Below the pieces are notes generated by a model. It ran no database searches. It was not told the DNA's origin and worked only from the letters and a program-made list of their open reading frames with translations. The position numbers were made by a program, and so were the translations under genes. Source: Candidatus Obscuribacteraceae bacterium (GTDB taxonomy: Bacteria > Cyanobacteriota > Vampirovibrionia > Obscuribacterales > Obscuribacteraceae). From it: DNA of 64,000 nt. Location: positions 32,001-96,000 of the forward strand of contig JBGASG010000010.1 of assembly GCA_044229845.1 (NCBI GenBank). The letters run 5' to 3'. Shown piece by piece: positions 1 through 9,907 of this stretch; positions within the stretch are counted from its first letter, which is position 1; every line of letters starts with the position of its first letter.

Positions 1-492
1 GGCATCGATGCTGACCACCGTTCCGTCGGCGGAAGTGACAGGTTGGGGCGGTGGTGCCGGTTTTTTGGCCGGCACCGCCTTTGGTGCCATTTTGGCCAGT
101 ACACCACTATCTGCCAGGGTTAGCGACGTCGACAATACTTTGAGAGCTTCAGCATACCGCTGGTGGCGGTTGTAATACATGCCCAGATCCAGCAGCGAGC
201 ACATGTACTCTTTCGAGCGCTCCCCGAATTTCTTGCGCGCAACCGCCACCGGCACTTTGAAGGCTGGCTCGCCTTGCTCTTCCATGCCCATCGAGCCAGG
301 CGAAGACACGCCCGGTTCGCCGACGGGGACATCCCGTCCCGACGCACCGGGGATAACTCCTGGCGATTGGTCCAGAGGTTGGGCTGAAGATAAGTTGGGC
401 GGAAAGAAGCAGGTCACGGCGAGCAACCCGCAAATCACGGGCAATCGCTTGACTGCACGCTCGATCTCACATTCTGGACGAGACTGGGTCAT
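1..492 (-). CDS. Partial secreted TPR-like protein (runs off window start)
   Basis: Read manually because it is not in the ORF track. Open frame from ATG 492: MTQSRPECEIERAVKRLPVICGLLAVTCFFPPNLSSAQ (signal-peptide-like) ... KKFGERSKEYMCSLLDLGMYYNRHQRYAEALKVLSTSL (TPR-like helix pair). Overlaps the end of the XRE gene. Confidence 0.7.
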   Translation of the reverse strand, partial: MTQSRPECEIERAVKRLPVICGLLAVTCFFPPNLSSAQPLDQSPGVIPGASGRDVPVGEPGVSSPGSMGMEEQGEPAFKVPVAVARKKFGERSKEYMCSLLDLGMYYNRHQRYAEALKVLSTSLTLADSGVLAKMAPKAVPAKKPAPPPQPVTSADGTVVSIDA

Positions 493-829
493 CGTGCGTT
501 TCGCCACCGGCTGGCGCCTCGGACTTGACCTCACCAGGCGCTGTCCACTTGGCGGGGTTTGTGGCGATTTCATTTTCAACCGCAGTTAATAACTCCGACG
601 GGGGCACCGCTAAGCCTGAGGCTAGCGAGAATAATGCGCCCAGAGAAATGTTGCGCTCGCCGCGCTCTACATCCGATATATACGCTCTATTGAGCCCCGA
701 GCGCTTTGCCAGCTCGTCTTGTGTGAAACCTTTGCGTTTACGTGTCTGCCTTACAATGTCCGCAAAGGCGGACAGTTGCATAACCGTTTGAGCGTCACCT
801 TTCATGTTGCCGGGCCTCCGGGATGCCAT
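467..829 (-). CDS. XRE/Cro-C1 family HTH transcriptional regulator (controller-protein-like)
   Basis: VRQTRKRKGFTQDELAKRSGLNRAYISDVERGERNISLGALFSLASGL is a classic HTH_3 motif. Start is uncertain (829 or 805). Confidence 0.85.
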   Translation of the reverse strand: MASRRPGNMKGDAQTVMQLSAFADIVRQTRKRKGFTQDELAKRSGLNRAYISDVERGERNISLGALFSLASGLAVPPSELLTAVENEIATNPAKWTAPGEVKSEAPAGGETHDDPVSSRM

Positions 830-1011
830 TTGATGCCTGTGCTTATTATAGTCGACGGAATCGCGTATTCGTACAGCCAAACCTGACTTCAAGCACAATA
901 GATTTATAGTTTACACATAAGTCGGCCGGAATTCCGCCTCGTGAAGATACGCAACTGCCACAAGCATCTGCGTAAATCGACCGCTGATGCCACCGAATAT
1001 GGTGCGCAAGG

Positions 1012-2034
1012 TTAGTTAACTCGCTCAGCCAGGGCGTACGATTCTTCATATTTGGCGCGGATTTCCTGTGCTCGTTTCTCCAGGCGCTGGGCTTCAGCGG
1101 CCCGACAAGTGTTGTGCAACAGGCGGGCGTAAGCATCCATCCAATGCGCCATCTGCGGATGATCTGGTCCGAAAACCTTCTCGTAAAGGTCGCCGGCTCG
1201 CTTAAATGCCTGCTCGGCCCGGTAATCGCCTGAGAGCAAATAACACGTTGCCAGCCCGAACGCACAGTAAGCCAGGTTTCTCTGGGCATCCGGCACCCGC
1301 TCGAATGAATCGAGTGCCCGCTTGTACCATTGCTCAGCTTTTGGAAACTCGCGCATGCCCTGATAACAGCGTCCCAGGTTGTACCGGCAGTGCGCAATCT
1401 GTTCGTCATCACCCAACTGTTCGTAGATGGCCAGCGCGCGTTTGAAGTGCGGCTCCGCGAGCTTGTCCAGGTTCTGATCGTCATAGCACCGCGCCAGGGC
1501 GAATGTAGTCGCTGCGACATGCTCGTGCTCGGCGCCGTACAGTTTCTTGAATAACCCGATGGCTCGCTCATATAGCGGTACGGCATAGCCGTAATCACGC
1601 TGGTAGGTGCAGCAGCGCGCCAGGTTTTCCATGGCATGCGCCACATCCTCGTGTTCTGGACCGCGCAACCGCTCATAAATTGTCAGCGCACGCGAATAAA
1701 GAGGTCGCGCCTCGCTGAACTTGCCGCATTGCATGCGGCAGCGCGCCACACCGGTCAGGCTGTAAGCCACATCCTCGTGATTGGGTCCGTAAGCCAGCTC
1801 ATAAATCGCCAGGGCGCGCTGATAAAGCGACCCCGCACCCACATAATCGCCGCGGTGGCTGACACATTTGCCCAAAATCAAAAAACTGTATGCCAGCCGC
1901 ACGTCCGTCTCGGCCAGCATTCCAGACTCTACAGCCAGCCGAAAATAACGCTCGGCACGGTCATAGTTGCCCTCGGAGAGAGCCTGGTAGCCGTGCTGGC
2001 TTATCTCAGACCAGTTGATTTCCTTGCTGTCCAT
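1012..2034 (-). CDS. TPR protein (kinesin-light-chain-like 42-aa repeats)
   Basis: Repeated LYxRALxIYExxxGPxHEDVAxxxxxLA motifs. Confidence 0.9.
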   Translation of the reverse strand: MDSKEINWSEISQHGYQALSEGNYDRAERYFRLAVESGMLAETDVRLAYSFLILGKCVSHRGDYVGAGSLYQRALAIYELAYGPNHEDVAYSLTGVARCRMQCGKFSEARPLYSRALTIYERLRGPEHEDVAHAMENLARCCTYQRDYGYAVPLYERAIGLFKKLYGAEHEHVAATTFALARCYDDQNLDKLAEPHFKRALAIYEQLGDDEQIAHCRYNLGRCYQGMREFPKAEQWYKRALDSFERVPDAQRNLAYCAFGLATCYLLSGDYRAEQAFKRAGDLYEKVFGPDHPQMAHWMDAYARLLHNTCRAAEAQRLEKRAQEIRAKYEESYALAERVN

Positions 2035-2264
2035 CCAGTTGAACCGCGCTGCAAAATCTCAACGAGACCATTCAGCCTGTCTACTAATCGCGCACCCCGC
2101 TTGAACCGCCTTCAGTGGCTTGAAGTTGCCAAGCAGAGCCTAGACCCATTTTACAGCGAACATCAGTCAAGTGGGTGAATTTGGAGCGTTATAAGTCCCC
2201 CGTCGTTACGCAGACAACTAAAAACTGAATTGATATCAATACAGTTTTACAGCGCTGGTGAGGC

Positions 2265-2834
2265 TTAACGGTTTAGACCTTCGGGATGCTCAACGCTGGC
2301 GGTAGCGGTGAACTCCACCGGCACAGCAGTGCCAAGAATCGGCACACCGCCCAGAAGGGGCAGTCCGCTGAAATTCATGAGCGGCGCCACGTCGTAAGTG
2401 GCTCTCACCTGGTACTGATACACAGCAGCGTTTTGAGCGTTGTCCGACACATCAATTCGTCCGGAGACGGCAGGCGGTGGATAACTCTGGACCGTGCCCG
2501 AGCCCGTCTGTGTGACGACTGCCGAGAGCGCGGCGCCGTTGGGTGTCGTGTTGGGCGTCATGCGCGAGAAACTTTGAAACGGCTGCAATTGTGTGACTGT
2601 CGCATTGACCGCATTTTGAGCCTCGGTCATGCTCTGGGCAGCGCCGGCATTGCGGGCACCGAAGTTGGCGGTCAGCATGACGGTGATGACGCCGGTCAAG
2701 AAACTGGCCAGATTGAGCAAAGGGAAAAAGATCATGATGAAGAAGAGCCACATGGCGGGTCCAAACTCCGCCAGCGAGCTGCCTGTAATTCTCGGCCTTC
2801 TATAACGAAGCCTTCTTCTCTGGGGAACTGGCAT
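2265..2834 (-). CDS. TadE-like pseudopilin
   Basis: Basic leader RRPRITG, then SSLAE (Glu at +5) and a hydrophobic helix FGPAMWLFFIMIFFPLLNL. ANFGARNAGAA resembles the Tad 'AAR' motif. Confidence 0.75.
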   Translation of the reverse strand: MPVPQRRRLRYRRPRITGSSLAEFGPAMWLFFIMIFFPLLNLASFLTGVITVMLTANFGARNAGAAQSMTEAQNAVNATVTQLQPFQSFSRMTPNTTPNGAALSAVVTQTGSGTVQSYPPPAVSGRIDVSDNAQNAAVYQYQVRATYDVAPLMNFSGLPLLGGVPILGTAVPVEFTATASVEHPEGLNR

Positions 2835-2927
2835 TCTTCAGCACCTGCGCGCACTATTCAGATCGATTATGCCCATTTTGGACAAATCAATGTAGCGTTA
2901 AGCACACATCCAGCAATTTAACTCAAT

Positions 2928-4055
2928 CTACCGTGCCGCGGCCACGGCTCTTTGATCCACAAGTGAGCCGTCGCGTTTGTGGACCTGCAAAATGTTGTAC
3001 TGGGTATCGCGCTGTGCGGCATCGCGTCCCGATTGGTGGATGGATGCAATCATTTGCTTGAGCGTCACTTCGTGATAGGTGCCGGCAGCAGATACGACGT
3101 TTTCCTCCATCATGGTGCCGCCAAAATCGTTGGCACCGAATGCGAAGGCACTCTGCCCGAGCCCCGCTCCCTGAGTCACCCAGGAGGTCTGCACATTGCG
3201 CACGTTATCAAAGACGATACGCGAGATTGCCACCATGCGCAAATATTCAGAGGCCGTGGTCGGACGCTTGACGCGTTTGGAAAGTGGGGTGTTGCCTGGC
3301 TGGAACGACCAGGCGATGAAAGCTGTGAAGCCGCCCGTCTTGTCTTGCAGATCACGCAGGCGAATCAGGTGTTCGATGCGATCTTCGGCTTCGTCCACGG
3401 TGCCGTACATCATGGTGCTGCTCGTCTTCAAACCGAGGTTTTGAGCCACTTCCATCACTTCCAGCCAGCGCGCCGCCGGAATTTTCAGCGGGCTGATTGC
3501 TTCTTTGACGCGCTCGGTCAAGATTTCTGCGCCGCCGCCAGGCAGCGATGAAAGTCCTGCCTTGATCAAGCGTTCGAGAGTTTCTTTCAGAGAGAGATTG
3601 CTGACGCGTGTGATGTGGTCTATCTCTGAAGGTGAAAAGCCATGGATTGTCAGTTCCGGAAAGTCGCGACGCATGTTGCCGAGCAACTCTTCGTAGTACT
3701 CAATGCCCAGTTCGGGATTGTGTCCGCCTTGAATCAAAAGTTGAGTGCCGCCCAGTGCCACCAGCTCATCAATCTTCTCTTTGATAGTCTCGTAGGGTAC
3801 GACATAGCCTTTCTTCGACCCGGGTGGTGCATAGAAAGCGCAGAACGAGCAGTACGCATCGCAGACGTTGGTGTAGTTGACGTTACGATCGATGACGAAT
3901 GTGATGGGCTCTTCGTCGGCATGGAAGCGGCGGCGAATTTGATCGGCAGCCCAGCCCAGGTCGAGCAACGGCGCATGCTTGAGCAAATAAACGCCTTCGG
4001 CAAAGTTGAGACGTTTTCCGTCGACAACATCGAGTAGTAAGCGACGCGTTTCCAC
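2928..4055 (-). CDS. mqnC: Cyclic dehypoxanthinyl futalosine synthase (radical SAM)
   Basis: IDRNVNYTNVCDAYCSFCAFY (CxxxCxxC), SLPGGGAEIL, FIAWSFQPGNT, SWVTQG, GANDFGGTMMEENVVSAAG. Confidence 0.92.
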   Translation of the reverse strand: METRRLLLDVVDGKRLNFAEGVYLLKHAPLLDLGWAADQIRRRFHADEEPITFVIDRNVNYTNVCDAYCSFCAFYAPPGSKKGYVVPYETIKEKIDELVALGGTQLLIQGGHNPELGIEYYEELLGNMRRDFPELTIHGFSPSEIDHITRVSNLSLKETLERLIKAGLSSLPGGGAEILTERVKEAISPLKIPAARWLEVMEVAQNLGLKTSSTMMYGTVDEAEDRIEHLIRLRDLQDKTGGFTAFIAWSFQPGNTPLSKRVKRPTTASEYLRMVAISRIVFDNVRNVQTSWVTQGAGLGQSAFAFGANDFGGTMMEENVVSAAGTYHEVTLKQMIASIHQSGRDAAQRDTQYNILQVHKRDGSLVDQRAVAAAR

Positions 4056-4276
4056 AACGGGTATCCTTTGATCTGGGAGACAGACATTTTAAATGGGATC
4101 ACGAGATGCGTCTCTCGGCGTCCGTTAAGGTTTTCATCGAGCTTCACCGGAAACCCCGCCGACCCATTAAAATTAATCTCAGCAGCGGACACGATAGCCG
4201 CCGGTAAACTCGACAGGCGCGAGTAGCGGCAGTCTGCAGACGGCGGGATCTAAAGAACTGAAGGAGTCCAGGCGCT

Positions 4277-5239
4277 TTGGTCAAGTACAAAGATTACTAC
4301 TCAACGCTCGGCGTGCCGCGCAACGCCTCCGAAAAGGAGATCAAATCGGCCTACCGAAAGCTCGCCCGCCAGCACCACCCGGACGTCAATCAAGGCGATA
4401 AGACGGCTGAGGATAAGTTCAAGGACATCGCGGAAGCCTATGAAGTACTGAGCGATGCCGACAAGCGCAAGCGTTACGACACGCTGGGAGCCAACTGGAA
4501 GGCCGGTGCCGACTTCACACCGCCGCCGGGCTTCAGCGGATTCAGCTTCGATTTCAATGATTTGCGTGGCTTTGGACAGAATTCGCCGTTTTCTGATTTT
4601 TTCGAAACACTCTTCGGTCAGACCTTCACGGGTCAGCCCGGGTCCGGCGGACCAGGCGGCGCCCGGCGCGGCGGCACGATGAAGGGTGCCGACCAGGAAG
4701 CCGACATCGAACTGACGATCGAAGAGGCGGCCAAAGGTTCAGCGCGCAACGTGCATATCAGTGCTCCTGGACAGAAGCAGCGTACGCTGCAGGTAAAAAT
4801 TCCGGCCGGGGTGCGCACCGGTTCGAAAGTGCGCGTCGCCGGAGAAGCTGGTCCCAACCCAATGGGCGGGCCGCCCGGAGACCTTTATCTAAAGGTGAAA
4901 CTGAAGCCGCATCCATATTTTTCTGTGGAAGGCGATAATCTCGTTTCCGAACTGGTGGTATCACCGGCGCTGGCAGTTCTCGGCGGCGAAGTACAGGTGA
5001 ACACACTCGATGGTCCGGTACGCATCAACATTCCCGCCAACAGCCAGTCTGGGCGCATGCTGCGTTTGCGCGAGCGCGGATTGCCCAAGCTTAAGCAGAA
5101 GGTCAAAGGCGATCATCTGGTGCGCTTGAAAGTCAACGTTCCGGCCAATATCACAGAAGAAGAGCGCGAACTCTACCGCCAGCTGCTCGAAATCGAAAAT
5201 CGTCGCAGCGAAACTCAAGCTTCCGCATCAGCCAGCTAA
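4277..5239 (+). CDS. DnaJ-class (type II, CbpA-like) molecular chaperone
   Basis: N-terminal J domain (KDYY...HHPD), G/F-rich linker, DnaJ C-terminal domain, no zinc finger. Confidence 0.92.
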   Translation: MVKYKDYYSTLGVPRNASEKEIKSAYRKLARQHHPDVNQGDKTAEDKFKDIAEAYEVLSDADKRKRYDTLGANWKAGADFTPPPGFSGFSFDFNDLRGFGQNSPFSDFFETLFGQTFTGQPGSGGPGGARRGGTMKGADQEADIELTIEEAAKGSARNVHISAPGQKQRTLQVKIPAGVRTGSKVRVAGEAGPNPMGGPPGDLYLKVKLKPHPYFSVEGDNLVSELVVSPALAVLGGEVQVNTLDGPVRINIPANSQSGRMLRLRERGLPKLKQKVKGDHLVRLKVNVPANITEEERELYRQLLEIENRRSETQASASAS

Positions 5240-5244
5240 CTTGC

Positions 5245-6218
5245 TTACTTGGGTGGCTGGTTGCCTTGCTGCTGCTTCTTCGCGGCCGCCTCCGCTTCTT
5301 TCGCGGCTTTCTCCTGATTGGCGCGATCTTCAAGCGCAATCGACAGGTTGAATTCAGCATCAGCCTGCGAGTCTTCCTTCAATTTCTTGAGGACGACGGA
5401 CAGCGTGCGGTGCAGTTCAGCATTGTCCTGATTGATGCGTTTGGCGTCTTCCAGAAGCTCTTTCGCTTTGTCGTACTGGCCGATGTATGTATAAATCTGC
5501 GCCAGGCGAACCTTGGGCAATATCTCGGTCGGATTGGCGGAAATCTCGGAATTGAGCTGATAGATGGTGCGATCGACGCCGCCCCAGCTCTTTACCATTT
5601 CTTCGATGACGTCCGGCAGACCGCCTGATTGTGTCTCCATATTGACGCCGAACATGTACTCGTTGAGACCCTCTGTGGGATTACCCATGCGGGCAATCAA
5701 GATGCCCCGCCGCTTTTTGGCCTCGACGTTATTGGAGTTGATCAAAGTCACCGCTTTGTACTCGTCGGCGGCCAGCTGGTAAGTGGGTGGATTGGCTCTC
5801 TCGTACAGTTGGGCGAGCATCATGTGCGGCTCAGACCACTTGGGTTCTGCCTTGCTCACTATCTTTAACTGCTTGATAGCTTCAGCATCCATATTCGCGT
5901 TTCGCAGTTTTTCAGCCAGGTTCATGCGGATGTATTTGTTGCCGTGCGAGAGTGCCAGTGCACGGTTGAGAAGCCGCAGCCCCTCCTGGGGAGAGTTGCT
6001 CTTCATGTAGACATTGCCGGCGCAGAGATTGACGAGAATGTCGTGCGGTTTGGCCGCCAGCAGCTTGTCGGCTTTCATGGTTGCTTCGGCGAGTTGTCCT
6101 TTGGCAGCCAGCTTGCCCGGCTCCAACTCCTCACATAGGTGGCGGCGATGGCGAATATCGCATTCAGCGACAAGAAAGCGCGAATGATGTTGTTTTCATC
6201 GCCGGGCTGTCCGCCCAT
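5245..6218 (-). CDS. TPR protein, probably membrane-anchored, with an apparent frameshift near 6135
   Basis: ORF 5245..6126 has TPR repeats but no good start. An ATG at 6218, just after the holB stop, encodes MGGQPGDENNIIRAFLSLNAIFAIAATYV (hydrophobic anchor) in a different frame. Confidence 0.65.
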
Positions 6219-6222
6219 GGAA

Positions 6223-7198
6223 CTAAGGTTTTGCAAGGTGACCCTCTCCTTGATATTGAGCACGCAGATTGTTCAGCGAGTAGACGAAGGACTCGAGGGC
6301 CGTTGTCGGCTTCACGTAGTGCTCCATCTGCTCTTTGGTGTTTTCACTGAGGACGAGCAATTCGCTCAGATAAGTAGCGGCGCCGCGTTGATCGTTTCCG
6401 ATCGCCTGCGCTCGCAAGACTTCCAGCTCGCTGTCGGCGATGATGTCGACCAGTGCGCCGGGCGGTGCACCATCTTCCAGCAAGCCGTTCAATTCACTGA
6501 GCAACTCCTGTCCGTTGCAGACCGCCTTCAGAAATGAGCCTGATTGACCGGCTGTCCAGGCCCGGCGGGAATTGCCCACCAGCTTAGCTCGCACCGCCTG
6601 TAGTGTCGCTTCCAGGTCCGCCTCTTCTTTGCTGGTCGCTTGCGACCAGAGCGCCAGAGCCGCAGATTTGCTGACCAGGATGGTCTGGGCGCGACTGACG
6701 ATGGTCGGCAGCACGGCTTCCACATTAGTGGCAAACATGAAGAATAAGCAGTTGCCGGCGGGCGGCTGCTCGATGCTCTTCAAAAGAGCGTTGGCAGCCG
6801 GTCTGTGAAATATCTCTTCATCGGCCTCCGGGATGACGACGACCCGAAAGTAGCGCGAAGTCTTCTGCAACTCGCCGACCAGGGCTCGCGCCTTGTCCAC
6901 CGGCACCTTTTGGCCGACTTTCTCGCCGGAGAGGTTGAACCAGGCTTGCGGATGGCTGTTCTGCATGATCCAGTCGCAGTTCTGGCAAAGCGCTTCGGGG
7001 CTTTCAACCAGGCAGGAGCGGCGGTTGGGCAACTCCTCCAGCAATACCTGGTCGCGGCTATCGCCGAAAACCCGCAGACAATTGAGGAAAGCCGCCATCT
7101 GGCGCGCCAGCTGCCACTTGTCATCAAGAGAGCACTGCGGCTTCAAGCAGTTTTGTCGCCAGGGGCTGCCTGGAATTCAGTTGCAAGTCGAAAATCAT
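6223..7198 (-). pseudogene. holB: DNA polymerase III delta-prime subunit, interrupted near the N-terminus (deletion/frameshift or assembly error)
   Basis: Main ORF has LARQMAAFLNC...C...CQNC...HPQ, AANALLKSIEQPP and VLPTIVSRAQ. A HolB-like N-terminus MIFDLQLNSRQPLATKLLEAAV starts at 7198 in another frame, and the usual HAYLFxG segment is missing. Confidence 0.75.
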
Positions 7199-7340
7199 CG
7201 CTCAACCCGAGTTTCATGGCGAAACGCGGCCAATATTCCCTCTAGAAGTTAAGAATACACGGATTTTAGTGACTCGTTACGGCGCATGCCCGCGAAGATT
7301 ATCGGGCGTTAAAATTCGCAAGACCTGAAACCCACTGAAA

Positions 7341-7369
7341 TTGACAGCCGTAGCGGTTGTCGTTAAAAT
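7341..7369 (+). promoter_or_regulatory. sigma70-type promoter
   Basis: TTGACA (7341-7346), 17-bp spacer, TAAAAT (7364-7369). Confidence 0.8.
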
Positions 7370-7375
7370 ATGTCG

Positions 7376-7514
7376 GTCAAAGGGGTAGAAGCCTGAGTGG
7401 ATGCTCCTTTCCGCCGGTCGAGTGCTGAGCATAGCTGCCAGCAACGATTTAATTAAGGCGGAAGAGAGGCATGGTCTGCAGAAAAGCGGGCGGCAAAGAA
7501 CTCTCCCGTTTGAC
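7376..7514 (+). ncRNA. Structured rod-like RNA upstream of purA (candidate 6S RNA or cis-regulatory leader)
   Basis: Nested complementary segments: GTCAAA 7376/TTTGAC 7509, GCCTG 7391/CGGGC 7487, ATGC 7401/GCAT 7469, CTTTCCGCC 7407/GGCGGAAGAG 7457, GGTCG 7416/CGATT 7445, TGCTG 7423/CAGCA 7439, apical AGC-ATA-GCT. Begins at the predicted TSS. Confidence 0.55.
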
Positions 7515-7545
7515 GACCCGTAAGATGTTTAGGGGAGTCAACAAA

Positions 7546-8913
7546 TTGGCAAACGTAGTTGTCGTCGGCGCACAATTCGGTGATGAAGGCAAGGCAAAAG
7601 TAACCGACCTGCTTTCCAAGAATGCGGACTTTGTCGTCCGCTACCAGGGTGGAGCGAACGCAGGTCATACCGTCGTCGTCGACGGCGAGACCTATAAGCT
7701 GCACCTCATCCCCAGTGGCATCATATATAGTGGCAAGACCTGCATCCTCGGACCGGGCATGGTGATCGATCCGAAAGCATACTTGAACGAGCTGAAGGCG
7801 CTTGTCGACCGCGGTCTGGACGACAAGAACCTGAAAGTTTCTTCCACCGCCCACGTGACGATGCCCTATCACCTGATTCTGGATGCCGCGGAGGAAGAAG
7901 CGCGCGGCTCTCAGAAGATCGGCACGACCAAACGCGGTATCGGTCCAACATATGCCGACAAGTGCGCCCGCATCGGCATCCGCATGGAAGACCTGATTGA
8001 CAAAGATGCTCTCAGGACGAAACTGGAATACATCGTACCCAAGAAAAACGTATTGCTGGAGCGGCTCTTCAACCTGCCGCCGCTTTCAGTGCAGGAGATC
8101 TTCGACGAGTACAGCCAGTACGGCGAGCGCATCGCCAAATATGTCACCGACACATCAGCAATTATTTTCGAAGCGGTGCACGCCCGCAAGAACATTCTTT
8201 TCGAAGGCGCGCAGGGCACTTTGCTCGACCTCGATCACGGCAGCTATCCATATGTCACATCGTCCAGCCCTTCGGCAGGCGGTGCTTGCGTCGGCGCCGG
8301 CATCGGACCGACGATTGTCGACCGCGTGATCGGCGTATCGAAAGCCTACATGACCCGCGTCGGCGAAGGTCCTTTCCCGACCGAGCAGTTTGGCGAAGTC
8401 GGCGAACAGTTGCGTCAGGTCGGCAAACCATGGGCGGAAGTCGGAGTGACCACCGGACGTCCGCGCCGCTGCGGCTGGTTCGACGCCGTGCTGGGCAGAT
8501 ACTCGGTGCGCATCAACGGACTCGATTGCCTGGCGATCACCAAACTCGACGTCCTCGATGACTTCAAAGAAATCAAAGTTTGTGTCGGCTACCGCGATCC
8601 GAAAAACGACGAGATTTACAGAGAGTTGCCCAGCATCGCCGGCTCCGTGTTCGGGCGCATGGAAGCGGTCTACGAGACCTTCCCGGGCTGGCAGAAATCC
8701 ACCACCGACTGCCGGTCTTTCTCAGATCTGCCGCAAGCGGCACAACGCTATCTCAACTTCATTCAGGATGAACTGGATGTGCCGGTGGCGATTGTCAGCG
8801 TCGGTCAAAATCGCGATCAAACAATCATCATCGAAGATCCGATTCACGGACCGAAGCGCGTCTTGACTCGCCCGGCCGTCAACCTCAACCAGCCGCAAGC
8901 TCAGATGCGCTAG
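7546..8913 (+). CDS. purA: Adenylosuccinate synthetase
   Basis: [52 protein letters not shown] start at 7546 follows SD AGGGGAG. Confidence 0.98.
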   Translation: MANVVVVGAQFGDEGKAKVTDLLSKNADFVVRYQGGANAGHTVVVDGETYKLHLIPSGIIYSGKTCILGPGMVIDPKAYLNELKALVDRGLDDKNLKVSSTAHVTMPYHLILDAAEEEARGSQKIGTTKRGIGPTYADKCARIGIRMEDLIDKDALRTKLEYIVPKKNVLLERLFNLPPLSVQEIFDEYSQYGERIAKYVTDTSAIIFEAVHARKNILFEGAQGTLLDLDHGSYPYVTSSSPSAGGACVGAGIGPTIVDRVIGVSKAYMTRVGEGPFPTEQFGEVGEQLRQVGKPWAEVGVTTGRPRRCGWFDAVLGRYSVRINGLDCLAITKLDVLDDFKEIKVCVGYRDPKNDEIYRELPSIAGSVFGRMEAVYETFPGWQKSTTDCRSFSDLPQAAQRYLNFIQDELDVPVAIVSVGQNRDQTIIIEDPIHGPKRVLTRPAVNLNQPQAQMR

Positions 8914-8929
8914 GTCAAAGTCGCGGCAT

Positions 8930-9859
8930 TCAGTGCTGCCACTGGGAAAAAAACTTGCCAACCTCAGCAGCCAGTCCGTGCAGACCAGTGCGGATGCGCA
9001 AAGCGACGTTGTTCTTTTTTGCGCGGCACCGCTCGATGCCGGTCAACGCCGATGCCGAATCCGGGTCGTATTCCAGGAGAGTGCGATATTCCGCAATCGC
9101 CCCGTCGAAGTCGCCTCCGAAAAGCTCCAGGTTGCGCGCCAGCCGCAAGCGAGCTTCCGTTTCAAAGGGATTTTTGGTCAGGATGGTTCTCAACACCTGC
9201 CGCGCCCGGTCGGGATGATTCATGCGTTGTTCCAGATCCGCCAGTTCGATCTGCCAGGCGGTTGGATCTTGCGAAAGCGCTATGGCGGTTTCCAAATAAC
9301 GACTGGCCTGGTTGAAGTCGCCTTTGCGCACTTTCACTTCATAACAGAGATGCAGCACCTCCGGATTGGCGGCACCGGTCCCGATCATCGACTGCAACTC
9401 TTTTTCCGCATCGTTGACTTTGTCCGTATCAAGCAAGGCTTCAACGTAAGCCAGCTGTGCGCCCAGGTTGGCAGGGTCGAGACTCTTAGCCCTGATCGCC
9501 GAAGATAAGGCTTCCTTGAAGTCGAGGTTGTCCAGCTGCAGTTGCGAGATGACAACATGAGCTTCCACATTCTGCGGTTGCAGTGCCACCACCCGCTGAA
9601 ACATCTGCAATGCCTGGCGCGGTTTCCCTGAACTGCGCAAAATACTTCCGTACTCGACGAGCAAGGGCACGTCGTTGGGATGCTGCTTGAGCAATTCCAC
9701 CGCTTCCGCCTGCGCCTGATACAGCTTGCCTTCCTTGAACAGCTGGTGCAGTTTCTCAGCAGCAGACGGCGCTGCCAACACTTTCGCTTCCGCAGTCAGC
9801 GACAATGCGACAAACAAGCTGACAAGGGAAGCTGATTGTGCGCGCATGAAAAAAGACAT
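8930..9859 (-). CDS. Secreted TPR protein (degenerate C-terminal DVAxQ-type motif)
   Basis: Signal peptide (LFVALSLTAEA), TPR repeats, C-terminus RCRAKKNNVALRIRTGL. Confidence 0.85.
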   Translation of the reverse strand: MSFFMRAQSASLVSLFVALSLTAEAKVLAAPSAAEKLHQLFKEGKLYQAQAEAVELLKQHPNDVPLLVEYGSILRSSGKPRQALQMFQRVVALQPQNVEAHVVISQLQLDNLDFKEALSSAIRAKSLDPANLGAQLAYVEALLDTDKVNDAEKELQSMIGTGAANPEVLHLCYEVKVRKGDFNQASRYLETAIALSQDPTAWQIELADLEQRMNHPDRARQVLRTILTKNPFETEARLRLARNLELFGGDFDGAIAEYRTLLEYDPDSASALTGIERCRAKKNNVALRIRTGLHGLAAEVGKFFSQWQH

Positions 9860-9907
9860 ATTGATATGGTATCAGACACGTTAAATGTTCCAGTATCATT
9901 CACTTTC

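Noticed and set aside
7471..7545. N-terminal extension of PurA in the ORF track
   Set aside because: Homology starts at the TTG at 7546, which has a strong SD, and the extension overlaps the structured RNA.
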